Positions 19,238 to 29,149 of a stretch of 64,000 nt of DNA are shown here, piece by piece (position 1 is the first letter of the stretch; each line of letters opens with the position of its first letter). The DNA lies in NCBI GenBank assembly GCA_047173185.1, contig JBCQVH010000005.1:49567-113566 (forward strand). The letters run 5' to 3'. Made by a program: the position numbers and the translations under genes. The notes under the pieces were generated by a model, which saw only the letters and a program-made list of their open reading frames with translations, did no database searches and had not been told where the DNA came from. The stretch comes from Rikenellaceae bacterium. GTDB taxonomy: Bacteria > Bacteroidota > Bacteroidia > Bacteroidales > Rikenellaceae.

Positions 19238-19791
19238 AATGCAACCTCCATATTTTTAATTATAAACTCTTTAATCTTGTTTTGTGCGTAGTGGTAGTTT
19301 GTCTTTAGCGTCGTTGTGGTGCTTCCCGTCACCTCGGCAATCTCCTCGTAGCTCATCTCCTCGAAGTAGCGGAGGTTGAAGGCTATGCGCTGTCGCTCGG
19401 GAAGGGCGAGTATCGCCCTTTGGAGGAGAGCCTCTGCGGTGGCGTGGTCAACTTCGGGCTCTGACTCGAACAACTCCACTAGTCGGCTCTTCTCGTCGTA
19501 GGAGTCCATCTCCAAACTTCGCTTGGTGCAGTGGGTGATGGCTTGGTTTGTCGCTATCTTATATACCCACGTCTTGAGCGATGACTCTCGTTTAAACTTG
19601 CTGATATGTCGAAAAACACTTATAAACGCCTCCTGCATTACATCTTCGGCATCCTCGTGGCTAACCACCAATCTACGTATGTGCCAATATATGGGACGTT
19701 TATAGAGCTGTACGAGAAGCTGGAATCCCTCCTGCAAACCCTCCTGTGTGGCGGTTAACTCTAATATTTTATCCTCTATTATATAGTTCAT
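19234..19791 (-). CDS. ECF RNA polymerase sigma factor
   Basis: DAEDVMQEAF, TWVYKIATN and region 4 LPERQR...MSYEEIA motifs. Confidence 0.95.
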   Translation of the reverse strand: MNYIIEDKILELTATQEGLQEGFQLLVQLYKRPIYWHIRRLVVSHEDAEDVMQEAFISVFRHISKFKRESSLKTWVYKIATNQAITHCTKRSLEMDSYDEKSRLVELFESEPEVDHATAEALLQRAILALPERQRIAFNLRYFEEMSYEEIAEVTGSTTTTLKTNYHYAQNKIKEFIIKNMEVAL

Positions 19792-19979
19792 AAATGTTGT
19801 TCTTCTTCGTTAGCGTTTGTCGCTTGTATCCTTATAGAGTGTCGTTTTATCGAAAAGTTAAATCAAAGGTACGATTTTTTTTGATATTTTTTTTCGGGGT
19901 AAAACTCTGCAATCCCAATAAAAATTACTATTTTTGCGGTTCAAGTGAAACGTAAACAAAAATAGATATATATAGTAGG

Positions 19980-21464
19980 ATGGCAAAGGAGCTAAAAGAC
20001 CTCACTAAGGTGGAGGATAACTACTCACAGTGGTACAACGAATTGGTTATTAAGGCGGGTCTCGCAGAGAATTCGGCGGTGCGCGGATGTATGGTGATTA
20101 AGCCATATGGCTACGCAATATGGGAGAAGATGCAGGCGGCATTGGATAAGATGTTTAAGGAGACGGGGCACGAGAATGCCTACTTCCCACTCTTCATCCC
20201 GAAGTCGTTCTTCTCGAAGGAGGCGTCACACGTCGATGGATTTGCTAAGGAGTGCGCTGTGGTGACTCACTACCGCCTGAAGAATGACCCCAACGGTGAG
20301 GGTGTGGTTGTCGATCCCGACGCTAAGTTGGAGGAGGAGTTGATCGTGCGCCCAACATCGGAGACCATCATCTGGAATACATACAAGGGGTGGATTCAGT
20401 CGTACCGCGACCTTCCGATCTTGTGTAACCAGTGGGCAAATGTTGTGAGATGGGAGATGCGCACACGTCTATTCTTGCGCACAGCAGAGTTCTTGTGGCA
20501 GGAGGGTCACACGGCTCACGCTACCAAGGAGGAGGCTATCGAGGAGACTCACAAGATGATCCACGTCTACGAGAAGTTTGCTCAGGAGTGGATGGCTGTA
20601 CCTGTTATCGTTGGTCACAAGTCGCCAAATGAGCGTTTTGCAGGTGCTGAGGATACCTTGACTATTGAGGCGTTGATGCAGGATGGCAAGGCGTTGCAGA
20701 GCGGAACATCGCACTTCTTGGCTCAGAATTTCGCCAAGGCGTTTGATGTTCAGTTTACCAACAACGAGGGTAAGCAGGAGTATGTGTGGGCGACATCGTG
20801 GGGAGTATCTACACGTTTGATGGGTGCGTTGATTATGGCTCACTCGGATAATAACGGTTTGGTGTTGCCTCCGAAGTTGGCACCTATCCACGTTGTATTG
20901 GTACCTATCTACAAGGGTGCTGAGCAGTTGGAGGTTATGCGTGCTAAGATGCAGGAGATCGCTGCGCCACTTCGCGCTATGGGTCTCACGGTTAAGATCG
21001 ATGATAGAGATAATATCCGTTCGGGCTTCAAATTTGCGGAGTATGAGTTGAAGGGAGTACCTGTGCGTTTGGCGTTGGGTCCTCGTGACTTGCAGAACGG
21101 CACTATCGAGTTGGCGCGTCGTGATACGTTGACCAAGGAGACTGTCGAGATGGAGGGTCTTACGGAGCGCATTGTGGCGTTGATGGATGAGATTCAGGCT
21201 AACATCTACAATAAGTCGTTGACATACCGAGACTCTATGATTACTAAGGTCGACTCTTGGGAGGAGTTCTTGGATGTCTTGGAGAATAAGGGTGGTTTCA
21301 TCTCGGCACATTGGGATGGAACAGTTGAGACGGAGGTTGCCATCAAGGATGCTACGAAGGCTACAATCCGCTGTATCCCTGTTGATGCAGTCGATGAGGA
21401 TGGTGTTTGTGTCTTTACGGGCAAGCCATCTACCAAGCGCGTACTCTTTGCACGCAGCTACTAG
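19980..21464 (+). CDS. proS: Proline--tRNA ligase (eukaryote/archaea-like type)
   Basis: [28 protein letters not shown] motifs; ends FARSY. Confidence 0.97.
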   Translation: MAKELKDLTKVEDNYSQWYNELVIKAGLAENSAVRGCMVIKPYGYAIWEKMQAALDKMFKETGHENAYFPLFIPKSFFSKEASHVDGFAKECAVVTHYRLKNDPNGEGVVVDPDAKLEEELIVRPTSETIIWNTYKGWIQSYRDLPILCNQWANVVRWEMRTRLFLRTAEFLWQEGHTAHATKEEAIEETHKMIHVYEKFAQEWMAVPVIVGHKSPNERFAGAEDTLTIEALMQDGKALQSGTSHFLAQNFAKAFDVQFTNNEGKQEYVWATSWGVSTRLMGALIMAHSDNNGLVLPPKLAPIHVVLVPIYKGAEQLEVMRAKMQEIAAPLRAMGLTVKIDDRDNIRSGFKFAEYELKGVPVRLALGPRDLQNGTIELARRDTLTKETVEMEGLTERIVALMDEIQANIYNKSLTYRDSMITKVDSWEEFLDVLENKGGFISAHWDGTVETEVAIKDATKATIRCIPVDAVDEDGVCVFTGKPSTKRVLFARSY

Positions 21465-21484
21465 GAGTTAGGTCTTTAAAAGAG

Positions 21485-22396
21485 ATGATGAAAAGATGTC
21501 TCGACACACAAGAGCGCAAGCGTAAAATTTACCACGTGACCATTGTTGGTTTCGTGGTAAATTTGTTGTTGAGCATTGTTAAGTTGCTCGCAGGACTCTT
21601 CGGAGGCAGTGCCGCCATGGTTGCCGATGCTATTCACTCGGCATCGGACTTCGCCACGGATGCTGTGGTGATGTTGTTCGTTGGGATCTCGGCAAAGCCT
21701 CAGGATGCCGACCACAACTACGGTCACGGCAAGTATGAGACCTTGGCGTCTATATTAATAGGTATAGTCTTGGCGGTTGTCTCAGTGAGCATGGCTGTTG
21801 AGAGCGTGGAGTTGATCGGCAATATCTTGGAGGGCGATATCCCCGAGCGACCATCCTCTTTGGTGTTGGTTGTGGCTGGCGGGTCGATCCTCGCCAAGGA
21901 GTTATTATATAGGTATACCATTCGCGTGGGGCAGAGGTTGGAGTCTAAGATTGTCATCGCCAATGCGTGGCACCACCGCAGTGACGCACTCTCCTCAGTT
22001 GGAACGTTGATTGGTGTTGGATGTGCTTTTTTTCTTGGCGAGGGGTGGCGAATTGCCGACCCTATTGCGGCGTTGTTGGTCTCGATTATGATTATGAAGG
22101 TGGCGCACGACCTCTGCAAGTCGGGTGTTGACGAGCTACTGGAGAAGTCGTTACCACGAGATATGGAGGAGGAGATCATTGCGAATATCATCTGCGAAGA
22201 TGCTGTTTATAAGGCGCATAACCTCCGCACACGACGCATTGGAAACAACATCTCCATCGAGGTCAACATCCACGTTGACGGTGATATGAGTGTTTCGAGT
22301 GCGCACCGCATGACGGATGGCATCGAGGAGCGACTTATTGGTATGTATGGCGAGGGTACGTTGGTGAGCATCCATGTCGAACCTCGTGAGCATTAG
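21485..22396 (+). CDS. Cation diffusion facilitator family transporter (FieF-like)
   Basis: ADAIHSASD, HNYGHGKYE, WHHRSD and IHVEP motifs. Confidence 0.92.
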   Translation: MMKRCLDTQERKRKIYHVTIVGFVVNLLLSIVKLLAGLFGGSAAMVADAIHSASDFATDAVVMLFVGISAKPQDADHNYGHGKYETLASILIGIVLAVVSVSMAVESVELIGNILEGDIPERPSSLVLVVAGGSILAKELLYRYTIRVGQRLESKIVIANAWHHRSDALSSVGTLIGVGCAFFLGEGWRIADPIAALLVSIMIMKVAHDLCKSGVDELLEKSLPRDMEEEIIANIICEDAVYKAHNLRTRRIGNNISIEVNIHVDGDMSVSSAHRMTDGIEERLIGMYGEGTLVSIHVEPREH

Positions 22397-22552
22397 TGGG
22401 TTTATTGTATAAAAAATAGTAATTTCCGTAGAAAAAGAGAAAAAAAAGTGTCGTTTGCTTTTTTTTCTCTTTTTGTTTGTTTAATTTTGTGGTTACACGT
22501 TGTGTGTTTTTCAACCAAAACAAAATAACCAAAATAATTAACCAATCAAACT

Positions 22553-25500
22553 ATGAAAAATTTTAAACTTTTCATGCAGTCGCTCATTATGGCATTCGCT
22601 ATGGTGTTTGTTGTTGGATGTACTGCGGACGGTGACGGACTTGGGTCTGGATCACTTCAGGAGGGCGATGTCGTTCAGCTGACTATCAAGGCAGAGTGCG
22701 CGGATCTCGCTCAATCACAAACCAAAGTTGACTTCGAGGCATCGGACGCTGATGGTCTCACATCGTTCACTGCAACTTTCGAGGCTGGCGATGCTATCTC
22801 AATCGTTGACGCATCGGGCGTATGTGTAGGAAACCTCACAACCACTGAGGGCGGTGCTGAGGCAACTTTCTCAGGTACTGTGACACTCACTACATCTGCT
22901 GATTATTCGGCTGTCTACCCAGCTATCGAAGTTGGTGAATCGGTATCTACGGAGGCTACAGTTTTCGTGCTTACTCAGGACGCTACAGATCCACTTAAGG
23001 CGATCCAAGAGGCTGCGACATTTGCAACTGAGACGTTCACTATCTCTGACGAGTCTCAGGATGTTACGTTGTCTTTCGGTCACGAGCAGACATACATCGA
23101 GTTCACAACACAGAACCCAACAAACTATAATGCCGAGGTTCACGGAGCACCAATTGTTGTTGCTCTCTATGCAGGAGATGACATGATGTCTATTGTTGAT
23201 GTGTCGAATCTTGAAGTCGATTGGGCATCGGAAAAATTGGTCGCTTATTTTATCTCTAAGCCTATCGAGTCTCAAATTCTTAAATTGGCTATCACAACTT
23301 CTAACAACTACACAGTCCACTGTACAGCTAAGGAGGCAGCGAGCAACCCAGCAGGTACAGTTACCACTATCGACTTGTCGGATAACACAACTGCTTTGCA
23401 GTTCGAGGAGATTGTAGTTGATGAGCCTATCCTTACTATCGCAAATGAGGCAGCAGGTGAGCTTGCAACAGCTCTTGCTGCGACAACTGCGTTGGCAGAT
23501 GCAGGTCTTGAGACGGATTACACAACTTACGATGCTAAGCCAGTTAAGATCACAGGTACAATGAGCACTGCTGATTTCGCTGCACTTTCTGCTTATGCAA
23601 TCTCGGAGATCGACCTTTCGGAGGTTACACTTTCGGAGACTCTTACTGCAGCATCTGCATCAGTGGCTTATTGGAATAAGGGTCAAGTTGCGACCAATGG
23701 ATCTTCTACCTTGACTAAGATCACACTTCCTGCCTCTGCAACAGCTTTGCCAACAAATATGTTTAATGCGTGTATAACTCTTACAGATGTTGTATTCCCT
23801 CCAAGTTTGGCTACAATACCAGGTAACTGTTGTTACGGTTGTACAAAGCTTGAGAATGTTACATGGCCAACATCGGTTTTCTCTATCGCATATAGTGCAT
23901 TTAACAACTGTGCAGTTTTGACACAGCCTACGGATGATGAGATGGCTCTTATGAAGGCTTTGAATGCTGGTTGTTTCTCAGGATGTAAGTCATTTACTTA
24001 CTTCAACATCAGCACTTCAGTGACATCCTTGTACGTCAATGTCTTTGACAACTGTACAGGCTTGACTAAGCTAACAATCCCTGCTGAGGTAAAGACACTC
24101 ACGAGTGGTGCATTTGATGGCGTTACTGAGACATTGGCAACAATTGAGTGTGCTTGGACTTCGGTTAACATGCCTACAACATTTGTTCAGAATGTAAGCA
24201 ATGTAATATCAACTGTGCCTGATGTTGCTACGCTACAGGGTATCTTCCCTGCATCGTATTCTAAGGATGGTGTTAACTACTTGACTTTCACAGATGCTGA
24301 CGTTGATATTGATGCTGTCGCAGCTACTGTAATCACATTGTCAGACGACTCAACTACAACTTGGGGTGAGTGTTTCAACATTAAGGATTCAACTGGTAAG
24401 AAACCAGGTGATGACGCAACGACAGATGATAATGACGATACAACTCCAACAACCCCAACAACTGTAGCGATTACAGAGTGTACTGAGGGTGGCTTGGAGG
24501 CTCTTTTGGTCGCTGCAGGTGTTGCGCAAGGTGACGCAATCGAGAATGTATCGGTTTCGGGTGTGATGAAGATCGAGGATATCGCGGCGTTGAATGCACG
24601 TAAGATCACAAACCTCGACCTTTCTGGTATTACTAATATCGCTACTGGTTATTGGCAAGGTGCAGAAACGTTGACGGCAGCTAACAATATCCCATCATAC
24701 GCTTGGAATAAGTACGCAGGTGACGGTGTAGCGGCAGCTCTTAAGACTATCATTTTTCCCTCTTGTGTCATAAAGGTTACTTTTCAGGCATTCTATGGTT
24801 GTACAAATCTTACATCTGCGACATGGGCAGGTGAGCCAACTTCGAATATGTCGTTTGAGAAGCAGGTTTTTGCGGATACAGCGTTGACTGAGGATTGTAT
24901 CAATGCAATGATGAAGTTGGAGAAGTTTGTGACTTTGGGTAAGAATATGTTTGAGAATATTACTGGTGTTGAATCTCTCTACATTCCATCAAATGTAGGG
25001 ACAATGAATGCCGAGGTGTTCAAGGGTATGGATGATGTTACCTCGATCACAGTGGAGGGTTATATCACTCCTTCTTCTATGACTGCACCTTTCCCAGAGC
25101 AGTTCTTGATAGATGGTGGTTCTTACTCAATCAGCGTTCCATCGGAGACTATTAAGGATCAGTACGAGGGTGAATCGGTATATGCATTGTACAGCTACCA
25201 AGTCGTAGAGCCTGCAACTGTTGAGATTAGCATTGAATTGGCTAGTGCAACTGCAATAGAGAGCAAGATGACTGAGGCATTGGCGGCTTTGGGTCTTAGT
25301 TATGGCGACCACGTAGACAAGTTGACCATCACAGGTTCTCCTTTAAATGCTGATATACAAGCTACAATTAAGACATATGATGTCTCTGAGGTTGACATGT
25401 CGGGGGTTACATCATTACAGAACACTGTTCTTGCGAACACTGCATTTATGGACAACACGTATTTGACAAAGATCACCTTCCCTTCATCAACTGTAATGAC

Positions 25501-25687
25501 TCAGATAGGTACAAATGCGTTTAACGGATGTACAAACCTCGTAGATGTTGTTTTTTCGGGTGATACAGATGCCGCATCTATCACAGCCAATAATAATACT
25601 GTATTCTCGGGTTGTAGCTCTCTTTCTGAGGACTCAAAGGCTGCGATAATGGCAAAAATCAGTAATAGTGCTGACCTAACATTCTAA
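22553..25687 (+). CDS. Surface lipoprotein: fimbrillin-like N-terminal domain plus three BspA-type (LRR_5) leucine-rich repeat blocks
   Basis: Lipobox VVGC; TKV..., GDAISI and YSAVYP pilin-like motifs; repeated AF.GCT.L..V.FP units. Confidence 0.75.
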   Translation: MKNFKLFMQSLIMAFAMVFVVGCTADGDGLGSGSLQEGDVVQLTIKAECADLAQSQTKVDFEASDADGLTSFTATFEAGDAISIVDASGVCVGNLTTTEGGAEATFSGTVTLTTSADYSAVYPAIEVGESVSTEATVFVLTQDATDPLKAIQEAATFATETFTISDESQDVTLSFGHEQTYIEFTTQNPTNYNAEVHGAPIVVALYAGDDMMSIVDVSNLEVDWASEKLVAYFISKPIESQILKLAITTSNNYTVHCTAKEAASNPAGTVTTIDLSDNTTALQFEEIVVDEPILTIANEAAGELATALAATTALADAGLETDYTTYDAKPVKITGTMSTADFAALSAYAISEIDLSEVTLSETLTAASASVAYWNKGQVATNGSSTLTKITLPASATALPTNMFNACITLTDVVFPPSLATIPGNCCYGCTKLENVTWPTSVFSIAYSAFNNCAVLTQPTDDEMALMKALNAGCFSGCKSFTYFNISTSVTSLYVNVFDNCTGLTKLTIPAEVKTLTSGAFDGVTETLATIECAWTSVNMPTTFVQNVSNVISTVPDVATLQGIFPASYSKDGVNYLTFTDADVDIDAVAATVITLSDDSTTTWGECFNIKDSTGKKPGDDATTDDNDDTTPTTPTTVAITECTEGGLEALLVAAGVAQGDAIENVSVSGVMKIEDIAALNARKITNLDLSGITNIATGYWQGAETLTAANNIPSYAWNKYAGDGVAAALKTIIFPSCVIKVTFQAFYGCTNLTSATWAGEPTSNMSFEKQVFADTALTEDCINAMMKLEKFVTLGKNMFENITGVESLYIPSNVGTMNAEVFKGMDDVTSITVEGYITPSSMTAPFPEQFLIDGGSYSISVPSETIKDQYEGESVYALYSYQVVEPATVEISIELASATAIESKMTEALAALGLSYGDHVDKLTITGSPLNADIQATIKTYDVSEVDMSGVTSLQNTVLANTAFMDNTYLTKITFPSSTVMTQIGTNAFNGCTNLVDVVFSGDTDAASITANNNTVFSGCSSLSEDSKAAIMAKISNSADLTF

Positions 25688-25707
25688 TTGACCTTATTCA
25701 CTTACAT

Positions 25708-25748
25708 AAAATATAGATTGCTCATTTTGGGCAATCTATATTTTTTTT
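25708..25748. terminator. Bidirectional terminator
   Basis: AAAATATAGATTGC...GCAATCTATATTTT between convergent genes. Confidence 0.85.
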
Positions 25749-25800
25749 GTGCTTTGCGGTGAAATTGAACTACTCAGATCTCTTTTATGTAGGCAGTAGC

Positions 25801-28746
25801 TTAGAATCCACCGCCACCCATGCCGCCACCAGGACCACCGCCCATGCCGCCGCGCATACCGCCACCACCGCCACCATCGGGAGGTCCCATCATACCACCA
25901 CCTTCGCGCGATGGTCTCTCTCCGCGCTGCGGCATCTGACCGTTGAACTTGCGCAGGTCAAAGGTGAACTTTATGCCGTAGTAGCGACCTATGGAGTTGC
26001 TACGCACATTCTCAACATAGCTTTCCGTGATGTTGCGCGTGAAGCTCTCGGTCTGATCCAATAGGTCGTTGACGCCTATGGAGATCTCGCCACGTTGGTT
26101 CTTGAATAGCTTCTTACCCAAGTAGATGTTGCAGAGGAGGTACTCCTCGTTGAAGTCATCCGTGATACCCTTGTATTGCGAATATGTAGAGGTGCTCGTG
26201 AGCGTAATTCCGCCCCAGAACTGGAACTTAAACTGAAGGGATGCCTTATGCGTTAGGTACTCGTTGTTCTTGGAGATCACCGAGGCGATATCATCCTGAT
26301 ACTCTGCGACATTGTAGCTACCATTATACGCCACTGTGAAGTCGACATATTGGCTGATGTTGCTACCAATCGAGATGCCACCCTTATATGTCGATGTTGT
26401 ATTGATAATCTCGACATCGTTGAGGACACTTGGGGTCACCTTGTAGTTATATCCGAAGTCGATATTTACGTTGCTGGCGATCAGGTTCACGGGTGTTCCG
26501 AAACTTGTACTCGCCCCAACGCTCCACTCGCCATCGAGGTTGACAGGCTTGGTGTACTCACCATACTGCTCCAACTCCTCACCATTGGGGAGGGTGAATG
26601 TGTCGTCGGCATTGAGCAACAACACGGTGGAGTCGTTGATGGAGTTTTGGACGTAGCTACCATTCAACATCGCCATAAATGTGCGACCCTTGTTGACGCT
26701 CGAACGTATATATGTCGCGCGAAGGCTATGCGTGTAGGATGGCTCCAACAGACTATTTCCCGAACTCACAGAGAGAGGGTTAGAGTCCTTGACCACCTCT
26801 TGAAGCTCCGACACCGATGGATTCTCGGTGTATGATCTCAACATAAAGCGGAGGCTGTTTGTTCGGTCAATGGTCTTGCGCAACATTGCCGAGTAGATAA
26901 AATTCTCGAACGAGTATTGCTGATCCGACGGAGTTATAACGGGGATCTCCTGCTCATTGAGCAGCGACGAACTCTGATACGACAGATTGACATTAAGCTG
27001 CAACTTCGAGGCTATAGAGTACATCAATCCAGGACCAATATTTTGGGTCAAGTAGCCACTATTATATATATTGGAGCTTGTTGGGTCGTAGTCGGGGTTG
27101 AACATATTAGCCTCCTGCTCCCACTCGTAGACCTTATAGTCGGCATCGGAGTAGTTGTAGCTGACGTTATACTTGAATGTCAACATCGCGCTCTTATTAA
27201 ATATAGGTTCGCTATATGTTACGCTAGAGCTGACGCTGTAACTCTCCGTGTCGTTGATGATATCCTGATTGGTGACGCTCTCGTCCGCCTCGGGATAGTA
27301 TGTGCTAATATAACTTAGCGAGGTGTTGTCATTCACGGAGTAGCTACCGCTCGCAGTGAGCATGATGTTGCGACCCTTGTTGCCCAATAGTGCGCGGTAC
27401 ACAAGGTTATTCGAGACCGAGTAGGCATCCTTCTGACTCGTTACATCGCTGATTGTCTGGCTCAGCTCCTCGCGCGTCAATCCATCGAGCGACTGCTCAT
27501 TGAGAACATCCGAGTAGTTCCACGACCCATTATCTTGGTACACAAAGCTAGGTCGCATCATGATCGTGTGACGCTTGTTGGGCTTATACTCGATCATTGC
27601 ATTTACGCGATGGTTGTAGTTGTCGGTCTCGCTATTGCTAGTCGAGGTGTAGAAACGCTGCAACTCATCCACATCTGTAATATATTGGCGGTCGGTGCTC
27701 TTTTCAATCTCATTCTCCGTTGTGTTGAAGAAGTAGCTAGCGTTGATTTTGAGCTTGCTGTCGAGTAGCTCACCACCGTAGTTGAGACCCACGCCCGAGG
27801 ATGTTGACAATCCTGCCGAGGCACTCTCGAAACTTCCCACGCCACTGGTCATCATGCGTCCGCCACCTGCGCCACCGCGACCTCCGCCAACACTCATAGC
27901 CCCAAATCCCTTGATATTCATATTGTTGGATGAGGCAATCACCGAAAACCTATGCCCCGTAGAGGTGAAATAGTTGTAGTTCGCGCTGAGCTGATACAAC
28001 CCCTCGTGGGCATATCCTGCTGTGAATTTACCAAACTGACCCTTATTCATTCCCGTGCGCGTGACGATGTTGATCGCCTTGTAGCTGTTGCCGTCGTCGA
28101 AACCTGTGAACTCAGCCTCGTCGCTCAACTTATTGAACACCTCCACCCTAGCGATGATGTCGGCAGGGATGTTTTTCATCGCGATGGTGACATCCTCCGA
28201 GAAGAACTCCTTACCATCGAGGTATACCTTCTTGACCTCCTCGCCTTGCGCCTCGACCTCTCCGTCATCGACCTTGATACCAGGCATCTTAGCCAACAGA
28301 CCCTCCGCCACAGCATCGGCAGCAACCTTAAAAGCGTCGGCATTATATATCACCGTATCACCACTTTGCGAGGTGCGAATAGCATTTGATTGCACCTCGA
28401 CACGCGCCAAGGTCTTGGAGCGGAAACTCATCTTCAACGAGCCAAGATCGACCAAATCGCGATCTATCGTTATGCTACGGCGTATTGTGTCATAGCCCAC
28501 ATATGTAGCTGTGAGCTGGTATTTTCCGTACTCTGTATTTGGGAACGAGACTGCACCGCTGCCATCAGTGGTGTTGTAGTAGTAGCCCTTGCCATCGTTG
28601 GTGATTCCGACAACGGCACCCACCATTGCGTCATTGTTGCCCGAGTCGACAAGACGCAGGTTGAGCTTACCACGCGAGGTGGTCTGCGCCACAACAGACG
28701 ATGATATTACAAATAGTAGAAAAAATAGAAGTAGAGACCTCTTCAT
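25801..28746 (-). CDS. Outer-membrane beta-barrel / TonB-dependent receptor-like protein with carboxypeptidase-regulatory-like N-domain
   Basis: GDTVIYNADAFK, LLAKMPG, GNSLLEPSY motifs; barrel strands; Gly-rich tail ending in F. Confidence 0.85.
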   Translation of the reverse strand: MKRSLLLFFLLFVISSSVVAQTTSRGKLNLRLVDSGNNDAMVGAVVGITNDGKGYYYNTTDGSGAVSFPNTEYGKYQLTATYVGYDTIRRSITIDRDLVDLGSLKMSFRSKTLARVEVQSNAIRTSQSGDTVIYNADAFKVAADAVAEGLLAKMPGIKVDDGEVEAQGEEVKKVYLDGKEFFSEDVTIAMKNIPADIIARVEVFNKLSDEAEFTGFDDGNSYKAINIVTRTGMNKGQFGKFTAGYAHEGLYQLSANYNYFTSTGHRFSVIASSNNMNIKGFGAMSVGGGRGGAGGGRMMTSGVGSFESASAGLSTSSGVGLNYGGELLDSKLKINASYFFNTTENEIEKSTDRQYITDVDELQRFYTSTSNSETDNYNHRVNAMIEYKPNKRHTIMMRPSFVYQDNGSWNYSDVLNEQSLDGLTREELSQTISDVTSQKDAYSVSNNLVYRALLGNKGRNIMLTASGSYSVNDNTSLSYISTYYPEADESVTNQDIINDTESYSVSSSVTYSEPIFNKSAMLTFKYNVSYNYSDADYKVYEWEQEANMFNPDYDPTSSNIYNSGYLTQNIGPGLMYSIASKLQLNVNLSYQSSSLLNEQEIPVITPSDQQYSFENFIYSAMLRKTIDRTNSLRFMLRSYTENPSVSELQEVVKDSNPLSVSSGNSLLEPSYTHSLRATYIRSSVNKGRTFMAMLNGSYVQNSINDSTVLLLNADDTFTLPNGEELEQYGEYTKPVNLDGEWSVGASTSFGTPVNLIASNVNIDFGYNYKVTPSVLNDVEIINTTSTYKGGISIGSNISQYVDFTVAYNGSYNVAEYQDDIASVISKNNEYLTHKASLQFKFQFWGGITLTSTSTYSQYKGITDDFNEEYLLCNIYLGKKLFKNQRGEISIGVNDLLDQTESFTRNITESYVENVRSNSIGRYYGIKFTFDLRKFNGQMPQRGERPSREGGGMMGPPDGGGGGGMRGGMGGGPGGGMGGGGF

Positions 28747-28825
28747 AGGCGTAGATTGATTTGAATTTAGATATTTTCACAAATATAAACAACACTTTTT
28801 AGATCTAAAAATATCGAAACCTATG

Positions 28826-28860
28826 TAGTGGCAAACGACGGCAATCTAGTGGTAAACGAC
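28826..28860 (-). promoter_or_regulatory. Direct repeat TAGTGGYAAACGAC x2 with 21-bp period; LytTR-type operator candidate
   Basis: Copies at 28826-28839 and 28847-28860, upstream of the OMP gene. Confidence 0.6.
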
Positions 28861-29149
28861 ATTTCGAAGATATTATATTTTTTACTTAGTGATGTTAACG
28901 AAATTACCACCTCACTCAAAACAATTACCTCAAAGTAACTACTAATGGGTACAAACACCCATTTTCAGCCCCATAAATTTAACTATTTTTTGGTATTGTC
29001 GCGACTTTCATTTAACCATACCTTTGCAACCAGATAAAGGTTGCGTATTTAAATAAAATTAAAATCAATCTTTTGGGCTCACACTAGATACTATTATATA
29101 AAGGTTGTCGAGCTATTATTAAATATTATTAACGATTTATTTTTAAAAT

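Noticed and set aside
22553-25687. Diversity-generating retroelement target
   Set aside because: No reverse transcriptase and no template/variable repeat pair were found in the window.
28870-29149. Cobalamin riboswitch or Fur box upstream of the TonB receptor
   Set aside because: No B12-box is visible, and the AT-rich stretch at ~29046-29066 is too weakly symmetric to call.
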